A stretch of 60,470 bases of DNA from an uncultured Veillonella sp. (GTDB lineage Bacteria > Bacillota > Negativicutes > Veillonellales > Veillonellaceae). A program made the position numbers and the translations under genes. Every line of letters starts with the position of its first letter. Position 1 is the first letter of the stretch. Location: assembly GCF_938010505.1 (NCBI RefSeq), contig NZ_CALLVP010000065.1, forward strand, positions 1-60,470. The letters run 5' to 3'. A model generated the notes under the pieces. That model was not told the DNA's origin and ran no database searches. It worked only from the letters and a program-made list of their open reading frames with translations. This document shows positions 8,223 through 18,329 of this stretch, in pieces.

Positions 8223-9381
8223 GTGTATCTCCTATCAGTTCGAAAATTGCTTTCTTTACACGTACTGGTTCAATACCAGACATACAATATTGATTAGGCT
8301 TAGGACAACGTCGTTTACGACACCCTAAACAATCTAATTCATCATTTACGAGCACCTTAAAGTCCCCCGTCAGAGGGCCCCATAATTTAGGATCTGTAGG
8401 ACCAAAAAGTGCTACTACAGGCTTATTTAAAGCTAAAGCAATATGCAGAGCTCCAGTATCAGCAGTAACTACTACATCGCAACTTTCAATTAAAGCCCCT
8501 AACTCTTGAAGCGTCGTTTTCCCTAACATATTCAGTATAATTTTATCAATGCCCTCATCTGTTAGCGAGTCCATCAATGGTTTGTATTGAGTAGCCTCTT
8601 TAGGGCCACCTAAGCAAACAAAATTTGCTCTATATTGAAGGGATTTAATGAGGGAGTACCATTTTTCCTGAGGCCATTCTTTCGTTGCCCAAGACGTGCC
8701 TAATACAAGCCCAACTCGTAGAGGTGTATCCACCTCCCCACGATTCAAGGAAATGTCGTTATCAATCGTTTTCCACTGTTCTTCTGCCCAGCTCTGTAAA
8801 TTTGATGACACCTGAAAATCCATATGGTACAGCTTATTAGCACTAGATTCATTTAGCGTGCAGTTCTCAACACCATCTTTAGCTAGATTAAGCGGTGTAT
8901 CTAAATGTACATGTTCAGCAACAGCCATTGTTAACAGTTGAGCTACCTCAACATAGCGCTTAATCACATGATCTGTACTAGGCTTTGTTTTATGGTTAGT
9001 AAATAACCAATTCAACTCTTTTGTACCACCAAGGCCAAGTCGAATCGGGGCGTCTGAAGCCAATAGTACCAAACCTGTTATGAGTCGCCCTTGTACATCA
9101 ATGGCTACGTCAAATCTATAAGGTTCTAATTTAGCCTTAAGCTCCCACCACATGCGCCACATTGTAGGGATATGTAGTTTTTTAGAATGTGCCTCGTATA
9201 CATCCCGTTCCCAGGGAATTATTTCATCTACATAGGGATTGCCCTGTAAAAGCTCTACCATACTAGGCGTTACAATCCAATGCAACTTAGCATCAGGATA
9301 CTGTTTCTTAATCCACCGCGCAGCAGGTGTAGCATGCAAAATATCACCTATGTAACTAAGGCGTACAAATAATATATTCAT
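8209..9381 (-). CDS. Glycosyltransferase family 9 (LPS heptosyltransferase-like)
   Basis: ILFVRLSYIGDILHATP, KEWP, DTGALHIA, ALFGPT motifs. Confidence 0.9.
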   Translation of the reverse strand: MNILFVRLSYIGDILHATPAARWIKKQYPDAKLHWIVTPSMVELLQGNPYVDEIIPWERDVYEAHSKKLHIPTMWRMWWELKAKLEPYRFDVAIDVQGRLITGLVLLASDAPIRLGLGGTKELNWLFTNHKTKPSTDHVIKRYVEVAQLLTMAVAEHVHLDTPLNLAKDGVENCTLNESSANKLYHMDFQVSSNLQSWAEEQWKTIDNDISLNRGEVDTPLRVGLVLGTSWATKEWPQEKWYSLIKSLQYRANFVCLGGPKEATQYKPLMDSLTDEGIDKIILNMLGKTTLQELGALIESCDVVVTADTGALHIALALNKPVVALFGPTDPKLWGPLTGDFKVLVNDELDCLGCRKRRCPKPNQYCMSGIEPVRVKKAIFELIGDTHGKV

Positions 9382-9453
9382 AGATATCCTTAGGGTACAT
9401 ACTATTATAGGAATAAAGCCTTTATAATGAAAGAACATTATAAAGGCTTTTTC

Positions 9454-10401
9454 TTAAGATTTCTTTTTACTACCACTACTATTGGATGATTTAGAAGATG
9501 TAGTATCTTCTGTTACCTTAGTAGTTTCTTCACTACCATTCTTAATGATGTTTTTTACATCTGATAATGTCAACTCATTAAATGTAGTAGGGTGATTGTA
9601 TTTGTAAACTGGATTGAAGCCTACACCTAGTTTACCAGTGTAGACGGTCAATGCATTATTATCCTCATCAACACGAGCGATATAGATAGTTTTGTCCATA
9701 TCAACACCGATAAAGCGGAAGCGCCCTTCAGGGTTGATAACACGCCAACCACCTTCAATGCCATTAAACATGAAGACATCCCCAGTTCTCACATTATCGT
9801 AGAAGAAGTTATCCTCATCGTAGAATACGCCGATATGACCGATATCAGTAGCTTGCATGTAAACACGACGTGTATCGTAGTTAGCATCGGTACGATAAAT
9901 GCGATATGTATGTTCTTGAACTTTTACCTTCATATAAACCACATTCGTCGCTTCAGAGTACGCAGCATCTACGATTTTACTGCCCCGAGGCAAGTCTTCA
10001 AGTTTCGTATCAACTTCATGTTCTGGATCATCCGCATTAAGACGAGCCATGACAACATCTCTGGAGTCATATAAACCCATGATAGCATAGTTACGGTCTG
10101 GCATCCAGTTGAAGTAACTAATCGAACGCCCCTTCAAATCAATATTCGTAGGGGTACTTTCATTAGCCTTGTAAATTTTCAAAGAGTTTTCTGTAACAAC
10201 GGCCATGAATTGACGGTCATAGGATACATATTTAGTGCCTTCCTTCACATCAGGGAAGTTTTTAGTATCATCTTTTGATGCGCCTGCTACGTTAAACTCT
10301 GTAGTCGGCGCAAACATATATTGATCAAGGTATAGGTATACCCCACCTTGCAGAAGAATACCTACCGCAAAGGCGCTCAGTACACGCGTAAAAGGTTTCA
10401 T
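9454..10401 (-). CDS. Membrane-anchored hypothetical protein
   Basis: N-terminal TM, beta-rich soluble domain, SD GGAGG, operonic spacing. Confidence 0.8.
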   Translation of the reverse strand: MKPFTRVLSAFAVGILLQGGVYLYLDQYMFAPTTEFNVAGASKDDTKNFPDVKEGTKYVSYDRQFMAVVTENSLKIYKANESTPTNIDLKGRSISYFNWMPDRNYAIMGLYDSRDVVMARLNADDPEHEVDTKLEDLPRGSKIVDAAYSEATNVVYMKVKVQEHTYRIYRTDANYDTRRVYMQATDIGHIGVFYDEDNFFYDNVRTGDVFMFNGIEGGWRVINPEGRFRFIGVDMDKTIYIARVDEDNNALTVYTGKLGVGFNPVYKYNHPTTFNELTLSDVKNIIKNGSEETTKVTEDTTSSKSSNSSGSKKKS

Positions 10402-10409
10402 CTGTCCTC

Positions 10410-11348
10410 CTATTTCACGATAAACGCCGTTGGGATCATGCGTTCCCCTAACAAATCAGCTGGTTTATTTACTACTTTACCGTTGAGGTACAAAGTAGAA
10501 CTAGAACCGCCATCTAAGTTTGCTGCAATGTAGCAACCTTTTTCAAAAAGAATATCTTGTACGTCACGCAAGGTAGCACCAATGGAATACCCTGGTTGGC
10601 GACCATCGATTACGAGGAATAGCACTGTACCATCTTTCTTTTGACCGATAGCAGTACGAGGACCTACACCCCAGCCACCATCACCTTCGGTAATCATCTT
10701 CTTACCATCGACGATAAGTGGTGGACCAAAGGTAATACCTTCCATGGCTTTCATATCACCTAGCTGAGTTTTATTATAATTACCAGCAATAAGGTTACCA
10801 GCTTTAGAGAAACCGACGAAGTCTACATCTTCATCAGGGCCTACATCCTTGCCGATAACGTACTCACCATCATGTAAAATAAAACCATATGGCAAACGGC
10901 CTGTACCAGTACCATTTGGATCATGGAAACCACCGCCATTAATAGCTGCTACAGCATTATTCATTTTTGCAATATTACTAGTGGTATCGCCTTTTTCTTG
11001 AATATTAGCCGCTGTACCAACTTGGATACGACGAGGGTCTGGAATTTCTAAAATATAGCCTACATAACGAGCAGACTGGATTTTTTCAAGATTTAAGCTC
11101 TTATCTTCACGAGCATTAAACTTGAATAAATCTTGACTTTTAACGACCCCAACAGTCCCCAAAATCGATTGTAATTCTTCGTCATTGAACAACCATGTAA
11201 TGTAATGAGGATGACGAGATTGTAAAATAGCACCAATAACGGCACGCTTTACATTATTAAATGGTCCAAAGAGCACCACGAAGGGTGATGTGACAACGGT
11301 AAATAAGAACACCATAATGATGAACTTTACCCAATTCTTTTTGAACAA
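10410..11348 (-). CDS. Phosphodiester glycosidase (NAGPA/DUF2233) family protein
   Basis: AAINGGGF, PRTAIG, IDGRQ, NLDGGSS motifs; TTG start with SD AAGGAG. Confidence 0.9.
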   Translation of the reverse strand: MFKKNWVKFIIMVFLFTVVTSPFVVLFGPFNNVKRAVIGAILQSRHPHYITWLFNDEELQSILGTVGVVKSQDLFKFNAREDKSLNLEKIQSARYVGYILEIPDPRRIQVGTAANIQEKGDTTSNIAKMNNAVAAINGGGFHDPNGTGTGRLPYGFILHDGEYVIGKDVGPDEDVDFVGFSKAGNLIAGNYNKTQLGDMKAMEGITFGPPLIVDGKKMITEGDGGWGVGPRTAIGQKKDGTVLFLVIDGRQPGYSIGATLRDVQDILFEKGCYIAANLDGGSSSTLYLNGKVVNKPADLLGERMIPTAFIVK

Positions 11349-11359
11349 TGTATTTCTCC

Positions 11360-12163
11360 TTATAAATCAGTGAAATGTTCAGTGCTAATGCGTTCTTCAA
11401 AATGCTTGATATCTACCGCATTACCTACCCAAACACGCAAAATATTATATGGATTATCACCCGTATGAGCCCAGCCAGACTTCATAGCCATGCCCATCTT
11501 GATACCAGCTTTCTTAGATGCCGAATCGGTGAATTCATTTTTATCTCCATATGGATAGCAGAACCAAGGATTATCCTTAATGCCTACTTCTTTAGCAAGT
11601 GCCTCTTGGGCCTTTGTGATATTTTCAATTTGTTTCACTTCGGACAATTGACCCATTTCTATATGTTGGAAACCATGATTGGAAATAGTGATACCATTTT
11701 TATGCATTTCACGCACTTGATCCCAAGTTAAACGCGTACCAATGTCGCCAGGATTGATAAAAACAGTTGCAGGGAATCCATATTCTTTCATGATTGGATA
11801 TACGATAGAATATGTATCTGCATAACCATCATCAAAGGTCAAAACAACTGGTTTTTCAGGCACTGCAGCACCATTTACAACATATTCATACAATTGTTCC
11901 ATCGTCAATGGATTGTAGCCGTTATCCTTGAGGAACTTCATTTGTTCTCTGAATAAATCCTCCCGAATAACTGCATCATTATCTTTGTCGTCGCCAACTT
12001 TATGATACATAAGGACAGGAATGCCCGATGGATGTACCATCTTAACTTCTTTTACAGGCGGTACTGAACTAGTAGGTTCTGTTTTTTGTGAAAGCACGCC
12101 ACAACCTGCCACAACCATTGCCAATACCAAAACTAACAGTGTTACCAACGGAATCCGTTTCAT
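11360..12163 (-). CDS. Polysaccharide deacetylase (CE4) lipoprotein
   Basis: Lipobox VAGC; VLMYH, LTFDDG, NHxxxH, YPYG motifs. Confidence 0.9.
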   Translation of the reverse strand: MKRIPLVTLLVLVLAMVVAGCGVLSQKTEPTSSVPPVKEVKMVHPSGIPVLMYHKVGDDKDNDAVIREDLFREQMKFLKDNGYNPLTMEQLYEYVVNGAAVPEKPVVLTFDDGYADTYSIVYPIMKEYGFPATVFINPGDIGTRLTWDQVREMHKNGITISNHGFQHIEMGQLSEVKQIENITKAQEALAKEVGIKDNPWFCYPYGDKNEFTDSASKKAGIKMGMAMKSGWAHTGDNPYNILRVWVGNAVDIKHFEERISTEHFTDL

Positions 12164-12396
12164 AGGTCCTCCTCTATCAGAACACAATTATATACAGAAT
12201 ATTATAACATTTCCATGAAGAATAGTAAAAATTCCTCCATATAGGTATCATCTGAACAATGATTTATACTCTAAAGAGATTTATCACTTACTTATACTTT
12301 ATGTTGTAATCTAGAAAAGAATGATTTAATATTTTAATTATAATGTTTCTTATTTAAACTATACGATTATTATATAAAGAATATAAAGGATTTCTT

Positions 12397-13188
12397 ATGA
12401 AAAAACGCTTAAGCCTTATACAAATGGACGTCCATGTAAACGACGTGGAATACAACTATAATCGTGTTCAAGAGTTGCTCACGCAAGCTTTAGCTGAAAG
12501 TCCAGATATTATTGTTTTACCCGAAACATGGAACACAGGATTTCATCCATCTAAGGATTTAATCAATATTTCTGACAGAAACGGAGAAAGAACAAAAGAT
12601 TTATTAAGTGCATTCTCTAAAGAGCACAATGTAAACATTGTGGGCGGCTCTGTAGCCGTAGCAAAAGAGGATTTAGTATTTAATACATCCTATGCTTACA
12701 ACCGCGAAGGCAAGCTCGTAGGGGAATATTCCAAAATGCACGGATTCAGCCCTGCTAAAGAGGATTACTACTTTGCTAGCGGTACCCATACCACCCATTT
12801 CGAATTAGATGGTATTCCTTGCAGTACTGTCATTTGCTATGACATTCGTTTCCCTGAACTCGTTAGAATGGCGGCATTGCCTGGTACTGAACTGTTATTC
12901 GTACCCGCTCAGTGGCCAACCATGCGTTTACGTCACTGGCAAGTATTAAACGAAGTACGAGCCATTGAAAATCAACTCTTCCTATGTGCCGTAAACGGCT
13001 GTGGGACAGTGGGTCGTGTTCAAAGTACTGGTCATTCTGCCATATATGACCCATGGGGCACAAACCTTCTTGAAATGGATACCGTAGAAGGCATCTCATC
13101 TGTAGATATCGACCTCAACGTAGTAGAAGATATTCGCAATAAAATTAATATCTTTAGAGATCGTAAACCAGAGCTTTACAATCTATAA
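12397..13188 (+). CDS. Carbon-nitrogen hydrolase (MtnU/YafV-like amidase)
   Basis: Catalytic triad LPE / YSKMH / ICYDIRFPE; RAIENQ. Confidence 0.9.
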   Translation: MKKRLSLIQMDVHVNDVEYNYNRVQELLTQALAESPDIIVLPETWNTGFHPSKDLINISDRNGERTKDLLSAFSKEHNVNIVGGSVAVAKEDLVFNTSYAYNREGKLVGEYSKMHGFSPAKEDYYFASGTHTTHFELDGIPCSTVICYDIRFPELVRMAALPGTELLFVPAQWPTMRLRHWQVLNEVRAIENQLFLCAVNGCGTVGRVQSTGHSAIYDPWGTNLLEMDTVEGISSVDIDLNVVEDIRNKINIFRDRKPELYNL

Positions 13189-13190
13189 AA

Positions 13191-13270
13191 TAAAGGCACA
13201 TTGTTACTAAAACACCTTCTAAAATAGTCTTAATTTTGGAAAGCATTAATATGTAACAATGTGCTTTTTA
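13191..13270. terminator. Long bidirectional hairpin between convergent genes
   Basis: AAAGGCACATTGTTAC ... GTAACAATGTGCTTTT. Confidence 0.65.
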
Positions 13271-13294
13271 ATTATATTGTTTTAAATTCATATA

Positions 13295-13516
13295 CTAAAA
13301 CTCTATAAGCTTCCACATATCTTCTGGAACCTGTTCAAGAGGTTTATTTTTAGCTATTGCTTCTTTTAGAATGTCAATAGTATCTTGCACCTCTTGTTTA
13401 TCCTTTGTATCTGGATCATGAAGGATGACACGATTTAAAGAATCTTTACCAAATTGCTTTAAATACTCTTTTTCCACTTGATTAAGTTCACGGCGTAAGT
13501 ATTTCATAGCTATCAC
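13295..13516 (-). CDS. Small hypothetical protein
   Basis: SD AGGAGG; 73-aa charged protein; AT-rich flanks. Confidence 0.7.
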   Translation of the reverse strand: MIAMKYLRRELNQVEKEYLKQFGKDSLNRVILHDPDTKDKQEVQDTIDILKEAIAKNKPLEQVPEDMWKLIEF

Positions 13517-13635
13517 ACCTCCTATATAAAAATCTAAAATATTTTATCATTCTAATCATTCCAATAGACCAACATAGTTTTTTATAACAATAATTATAAA
13601 ATGATTTAAAGATTACCTCTATAAAAAACGGCGTA

Positions 13636-15138
13636 TTAACGCCATTTTTTTGTTGCTTCTATATAGTAGTCGATAATAACTGGTCTAGTAATGCTGCTAA
13701 TTTCTACATCGTCTACCTTTTCATCACGACCAAATGTAAATAGTTTGGCCATAATATCAGGTGTAATATATCGCGTATCTACGGCAGTGATTGGTTTAAT
13801 TTGTGAAAGTTCATGTTTTGTAGCCATGTTAAAGCCCCATTCTCCAAAGGTGGGAACTTGAACATGATAGGGATATACAAAAAAACCTTCACTAGCCAAT
13901 GTTTTATTGATACTCCAGAACACCTTAGGCGCATAGTACGGACTGGTAGATTGGACTACAAGAACACCACTTTCAGAAAGAGCATTGTAACATAAGCGAT
14001 AGAAAATATTGCTATATAATTTACCAAGTGCTGCATTATTAGGATCTGGTAAATCAACGATAATCAGATCATATCGTTCTGAAGTACGCTCTAAAAATTT
14101 AAAGGCATCATCATTGATGATATGTACTCGCTCATCAGATAGTGAGCCTTGATTTAGTTCTACAATGAGCGGATTTGTTTTTGACACATCTGTCATAACC
14201 GCATCAAGGTCGACGAGCGTAATATTTACATCTCCATATTTCAAAAGCTCACGAGCGGCTAGGCCATCGCCACCACCAAGGATGAGGATGTTTTTAGGAT
14301 ATACTACCTGTGCCATAGGAATATGTACCAAGGCCTCATGGTAGCGATATTCATCCATCGACGAAAACTGTAAATTGCCATCGATAAATAAGCGAATATC
14401 ATCTTTATGACGTGTAATGATAACCTTTTGATACTGTGATTGTTGAGAAAAAACTATGGTATCTCGATACAACCCATTTTCAATGTATTTTGATATGCTT
14501 TCAGAGGTAACCAAACCTACCGTTAAACTAAGGGCAATACCTATAGTGGCAAGTTTCAAGGCACGTCTAAAATGCAAATGATGTCGATAACGAATCACCA
14601 CAATAGCTGCGGCCGTAATATTCAACAAACCACATAAAAAGGCAGAAGCCATATAACCGAGATAAGGTAATAACAGCAATGGAAACGCCACTGCCCCTAC
14701 TAAACCACCGATGTAGTCAAAAGCAAAAACAGAGGACAACGTAACTCGTACATCCTTAGTATCCAGCTCTATAACACGTGCTAACAAGGGGATTTCCATC
14801 CCCACTAAACAACCTATGATAATCACCAACAGATACATAATAATCTGATAGGACACGATGTATAGATTGCCCAAGAATATAGCAAGTGCACTAATACCAC
14901 CAACGACACCCACGGCTAATTCAATACCGATAAACCAGTCATACAAATGGGTTTTAATATATTTACTAAGATAGGAACCAAGCCCCATAGCGGCCATATA
15001 TAGGCCAATAGTAATGGAGTATTGCCACACCGTATCGCCCGATATATAAGAGCTAATAGCGCCTATGATGAGCTCATAGCACAGTGAACAGCCCGATATA
15101 ATAAAGGCCGTCAACAATAATAATCGGTGTGATTTCAT
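13636..15138 (-). CDS. speE: Membrane-bound polyamine aminopropyltransferase (spermidine synthase-like, about 7 N-terminal TMs)
   Basis: TM region, then QSQYQ, DGNLQFS.DEYRYHEALVH, ILGGGDG, VDLPDP; TGATG coupling with the DUF350 gene. Confidence 0.9.
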   Translation of the reverse strand: MKSHRLLLLTAFIISGCSLCYELIIGAISSYISGDTVWQYSITIGLYMAAMGLGSYLSKYIKTHLYDWFIGIELAVGVVGGISALAIFLGNLYIVSYQIIMYLLVIIIGCLVGMEIPLLARVIELDTKDVRVTLSSVFAFDYIGGLVGAVAFPLLLLPYLGYMASAFLCGLLNITAAAIVVIRYRHHLHFRRALKLATIGIALSLTVGLVTSESISKYIENGLYRDTIVFSQQSQYQKVIITRHKDDIRLFIDGNLQFSSMDEYRYHEALVHIPMAQVVYPKNILILGGGDGLAARELLKYGDVNITLVDLDAVMTDVSKTNPLIVELNQGSLSDERVHIINDDAFKFLERTSERYDLIIVDLPDPNNAALGKLYSNIFYRLCYNALSESGVLVVQSTSPYYAPKVFWSINKTLASEGFFVYPYHVQVPTFGEWGFNMATKHELSQIKPITAVDTRYITPDIMAKLFTFGRDEKVDDVEISSITRPVIIDYYIEATKKWR

Positions 15139-15569
15139 CAGTGGATAGCTCCGGCAATTATGAGGGCACAACCCACAAAGATACCAAAGATCATAATGCC
15201 TGCCGCCGTATTCCCACGCATAATCTCTTCGGCTAAGGAATATTTACGGTGAAACGCATTAACCAAGAAAAATCCTACTAAGAATATAGCTATGCCAATA
15301 ACAGAATACAAAAGGCTAGACACCAAGCCCTGTAAAAGATATTCCTCCACCGCTTGCGCTGATGGTGATTGAATAGCAGCGCGAACGATTTCGCCGATAC
15401 CAATAAAGGATCCCGCACAAAGCCAAGCTACGGCACGATTGCCGCGCTTAATTTCAGTAGGGAAATCACCGGGAATAAAGACATCAATAATCCAATTACC
15501 AATAATCATCAGTATGATACCGATAAGGGAAAAGACAACCACATTTATAATATCTACGATATAAGGCAT
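15138..15569 (-). CDS. DUF350 membrane protein
   Basis: Four TMs with duplicated EI.RGN.A motif; conserved context with speE and DUF4178. Confidence 0.85.
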   Translation of the reverse strand: MPYIVDIINVVVFSLIGIILMIIGNWIIDVFIPGDFPTEIKRGNRAVAWLCAGSFIGIGEIVRAAIQSPSAQAVEEYLLQGLVSSLLYSVIGIAIFLVGFFLVNAFHRKYSLAEEIMRGNTAAGIMIFGIFVGCALIIAGAIH

Positions 15570-15638
15570 AATACCCTCCTACTATGTTTTAATAGCTTTT
15601 TTTAAACTGAAAATAATCGTGATTTACCTTAACAAATA

Positions 15639-16889
15639 TTATTTGCCGGAGCTCGTACCCCCGCTATAACCGCCGCGACTGCCAGAACTACCATTACGAA
15701 TACTGGTTGCATAAGATTCATATGGTGAATAACTATAATTATTCGCCTTAGATAAACGTGCTGCATCTGTAGTACCCGCACCATGACCCGTCGAATAGTC
15801 AGACTTATATGGATTCTTCGTTGGATCATAATCGGTATATGTGGATGAGGACTTATATTTTGTTTCATCTTGTCCATATCCGTTATACCAATACGAATTG
15901 CGATAGAACCAATAAGAGCGTGCACTTGAACGATAACCGCCATCATTATTATGATTGTACGCAGCTTCTCTACTTTCAATACGAACTAAAACTGTATTAT
16001 CCGTAGAGATATAGACCGTAATATATTCATATTTAGTCAATAATGTTACTGTTTCCGTAGGAACCTTTTGCATCCCCTGTTGTTCTGATTGATATTTTGA
16101 AGCAACTGATATGTTATCATCTGTAATGTCTGTAAAAGCCGTGTTACCGTCTTGTGTAACTCGTTCAACCTCACCATCCAAGCCTTTAATGATATCTTGA
16201 GTCGTTTCATCAAGATTTAAAGATGATTGATAAATATCTGATTTCAGATTATTTGTGCCCGTAATGGATGTTACATATGTATATCGAGACGGATTGTCCT
16301 TAATATATTCAGATGCTGTATAAGGATGATTGAAAAAAGCACGTACATTATGCCACATGTGTATATCTAAATCAGGCGTATAAGCAAGAAAAATCACAAT
16401 CATCCAAAAAGCAGGATAAAACCACTTTTTATAACGTTGTTGTTTCATGCGTTTCTGAATAACTTCACTAAACTCGGGATCAGTGTCTAAAGTCACATAG
16501 TCCTTGCTAATATAAAAGCCTTGCGAATACTCTGTTTCGTCATCCCACACTTCTATTGAAAATGTACTCGCTCCACTTTCAGTTTCATACTCTTCATAAT
16601 CCGCCGAGTCACTTGTATCTACGTCTACATCACCCCAAACACCTCTAACTCGTTCACGTCCACTATCCACGAGCTTCATACCATCCGTGCTCATCCTACC
16701 ACAAGGCTTTGTAAACTGATATTCGTTGCGGATTTCATCCCAGCTTAGCCAATATTCATCTTCACCAACATGTTTTAAAAGTTTATACTCAAACCATGTA
16801 TCGCCATAGTCATCTTCGTATTTTATCTTCCCCAGAATGGTGTATAAATCGTTCCTGATACGCAACGTATCACCATAATTAAACTCCAT
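15639..16889 (-). CDS. DUF4178 protein with TM and DUF4247-like C-terminal domain
   Basis: N-terminal G..L.I....Y.ILG...Y......W.EY motif; TM; Y/S-rich tail ending SIR..S...GGTSSGK. Confidence 0.8.
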   Translation of the reverse strand: MEFNYGDTLRIRNDLYTILGKIKYEDDYGDTWFEYKLLKHVGEDEYWLSWDEIRNEYQFTKPCGRMSTDGMKLVDSGRERVRGVWGDVDVDTSDSADYEEYETESGASTFSIEVWDDETEYSQGFYISKDYVTLDTDPEFSEVIQKRMKQQRYKKWFYPAFWMIVIFLAYTPDLDIHMWHNVRAFFNHPYTASEYIKDNPSRYTYVTSITGTNNLKSDIYQSSLNLDETTQDIIKGLDGEVERVTQDGNTAFTDITDDNISVASKYQSEQQGMQKVPTETVTLLTKYEYITVYISTDNTVLVRIESREAAYNHNNDGGYRSSARSYWFYRNSYWYNGYGQDETKYKSSSTYTDYDPTKNPYKSDYSTGHGAGTTDAARLSKANNYSYSPYESYATSIRNGSSGSRGGYSGGTSSGK

Positions 16890-16958
16890 AAATAGACCTC
16901 ATAAAACACCTATACAAACGAAAATCATTAATTCAAAATCTAATTATTACAACATACC

Positions 16959-16995
16959 TTACTATGATTGTACACGGATTGTGAAAGCCTGCCAA
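16959..16995 (-). promoter_or_regulatory. Sigma70-type promoter, copy 1
   Basis: TTGGCA-N17-TACAAT; 36/37 identical to 17736-17772. Confidence 0.75.
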
Positions 16996-17045
16996 ACAAC
17001 CAGATAAAAGAAAAGCTGTCAGCAATAATAATTGTTGTGATTACA

Positions 17046-17687
17046 TCAACGGATAATTCTTCTAATAATAAGAACAGATACCACAATGATCCCAAGGACT
17101 ATATTCCCAGCTACTATATAAGGCCATGTAAGGTCATCACGTATATCATGCAATATTTTTATATCAAAGATTGGCATATAAACTAGTAAGTTTGCAAAAA
17201 TCCAAACTATGGGCCCTATAAACTTCATCTTCTTAGCAATATCCATTTTATCTAGAATAGACTCGGTTACCTCTACATCCTTTTCAACCGATACATATTC
17301 TTTATTGATATAAAAGCCTTTTAAATATTCCTTCCTATCGGACCATTCTTTAACAGAAAACGTATGTGTACCATTATTATTTTCATACTCTTTATAACGA
17401 GCAACATCAGAAGTATCTATATCCGTATCACCCCAAGTGCCTATTGCCATCTGATAACCACTATTCACAATTTTCATATCCGATGGTAACGCTTTTCCAC
17501 ACGACTTTGAAAACTGGTACGCCTCTCGCCTCTTATCCCAACTGAACCAAAACTCTGCGTTATTCTTATGTTTAATTAGCTTATACTCATACCAAATATC
17601 TCCATGAGTATCAATGTATCGTATCTTGCCTAGAATAGTATATAATTCCCTTCGGATACGTAGCGTCTCGCCATAATTAAAATCCAT
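17046..17687 (-). CDS. DUF4178 paralog with truncated/alternative two-TM C-terminus
   Basis: N-terminus aligns with 15639-16889 (MDFNYGETLRIR vs MEFNYGDTLRIR). Confidence 0.8.
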   Translation of the reverse strand: MDFNYGETLRIRRELYTILGKIRYIDTHGDIWYEYKLIKHKNNAEFWFSWDKRREAYQFSKSCGKALPSDMKIVNSGYQMAIGTWGDTDIDTSDVARYKEYENNNGTHTFSVKEWSDRKEYLKGFYINKEYVSVEKDVEVTESILDKMDIAKKMKFIGPIVWIFANLLVYMPIFDIKILHDIRDDLTWPYIVAGNIVLGIIVVSVLIIRRIIR

Positions 17688-17735
17688 AACCGTCTCTCAT
17701 ATTGAAAATCATACATGTAAAATGTATATTACTTA

Positions 17736-17772
17736 TTACTATGATTGTACACGGATTGTAAAAGCCTGCCAA
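17736..17772 (-). promoter_or_regulatory. Sigma70-type promoter, copy 2
   Basis: TTGGCA-N17-TACAAT, duplicated with the gene. Confidence 0.75.
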
Positions 17773-17835
17773 CACTTCTCAAATTTAAAAGAGAAGATAA
17801 ACTCATTAAATGTATTTTAATATCAAAATAATGAC

Positions 17836-17867
17836 AAAAAAGGACCTACAGTAAACTGTAGGTCCTT
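17836..17867 (-). terminator. Intrinsic terminator
   Basis: AAGGACCTACAG / CTGTAGGTCCTT with A-tract. Confidence 0.8.
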
Positions 17868-17927
17868 ATATCTTGCTATATTTTTGTTTGATTTGATGTC
17901 ATATATATCTATTATATATGAATCGCA

Positions 17928-18260
17928 CTAATCTTCTATTTCTCGAATGTCATATTCAAGATTAAAAAATTTAATAAGCTTTAAAACATTATCTCGATTA
18001 TAATTAGACGGAACTGGAATCAGTAATGTTTTATCACTATTAATATATACCGCTTTTACGTCTTCTCCCCAAACAAAATCAGGAAAACACTCAGCCAAAC
18101 TAAGGTCTTCCCAAGTCTGGCTGCCAACAAGAAGAATTCCTTGACCTAATTTTCTTTGCATAGAACATATTACGTCCCACGCTTCGGCATAATCTGCTAC
18201 GGGCACTGAATCTCTCATAAAATGTGGATTATGATTTAAAACTTTTAGCATTTCATCCAC
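17928..18260 (-). CDS. Hypothetical protein
   Basis: 110-aa ORF followed by a terminator; AGAGGTG SD-like site near the start. Confidence 0.65.
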   Translation of the reverse strand: MDEMLKVLNHNPHFMRDSVPVADYAEAWDVICSMQRKLGQGILLVGSQTWEDLSLAECFPDFVWGEDVKAVYINSDKTLLIPVPSNYNRDNVLKLIKFFNLEYDIREIED

Positions 18261-18329
18261 CTCCTATTATGTACCATAATTACACCATATTTTTAAATTG
18301 TATGCAATAGATTATTAACCAATCAGAAC

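Noticed and set aside
15629..15979. Alternative-frame ORF inside the DUF4178 gene
   Set aside because: By-product of the low-complexity Y/S/G tail; no RBS
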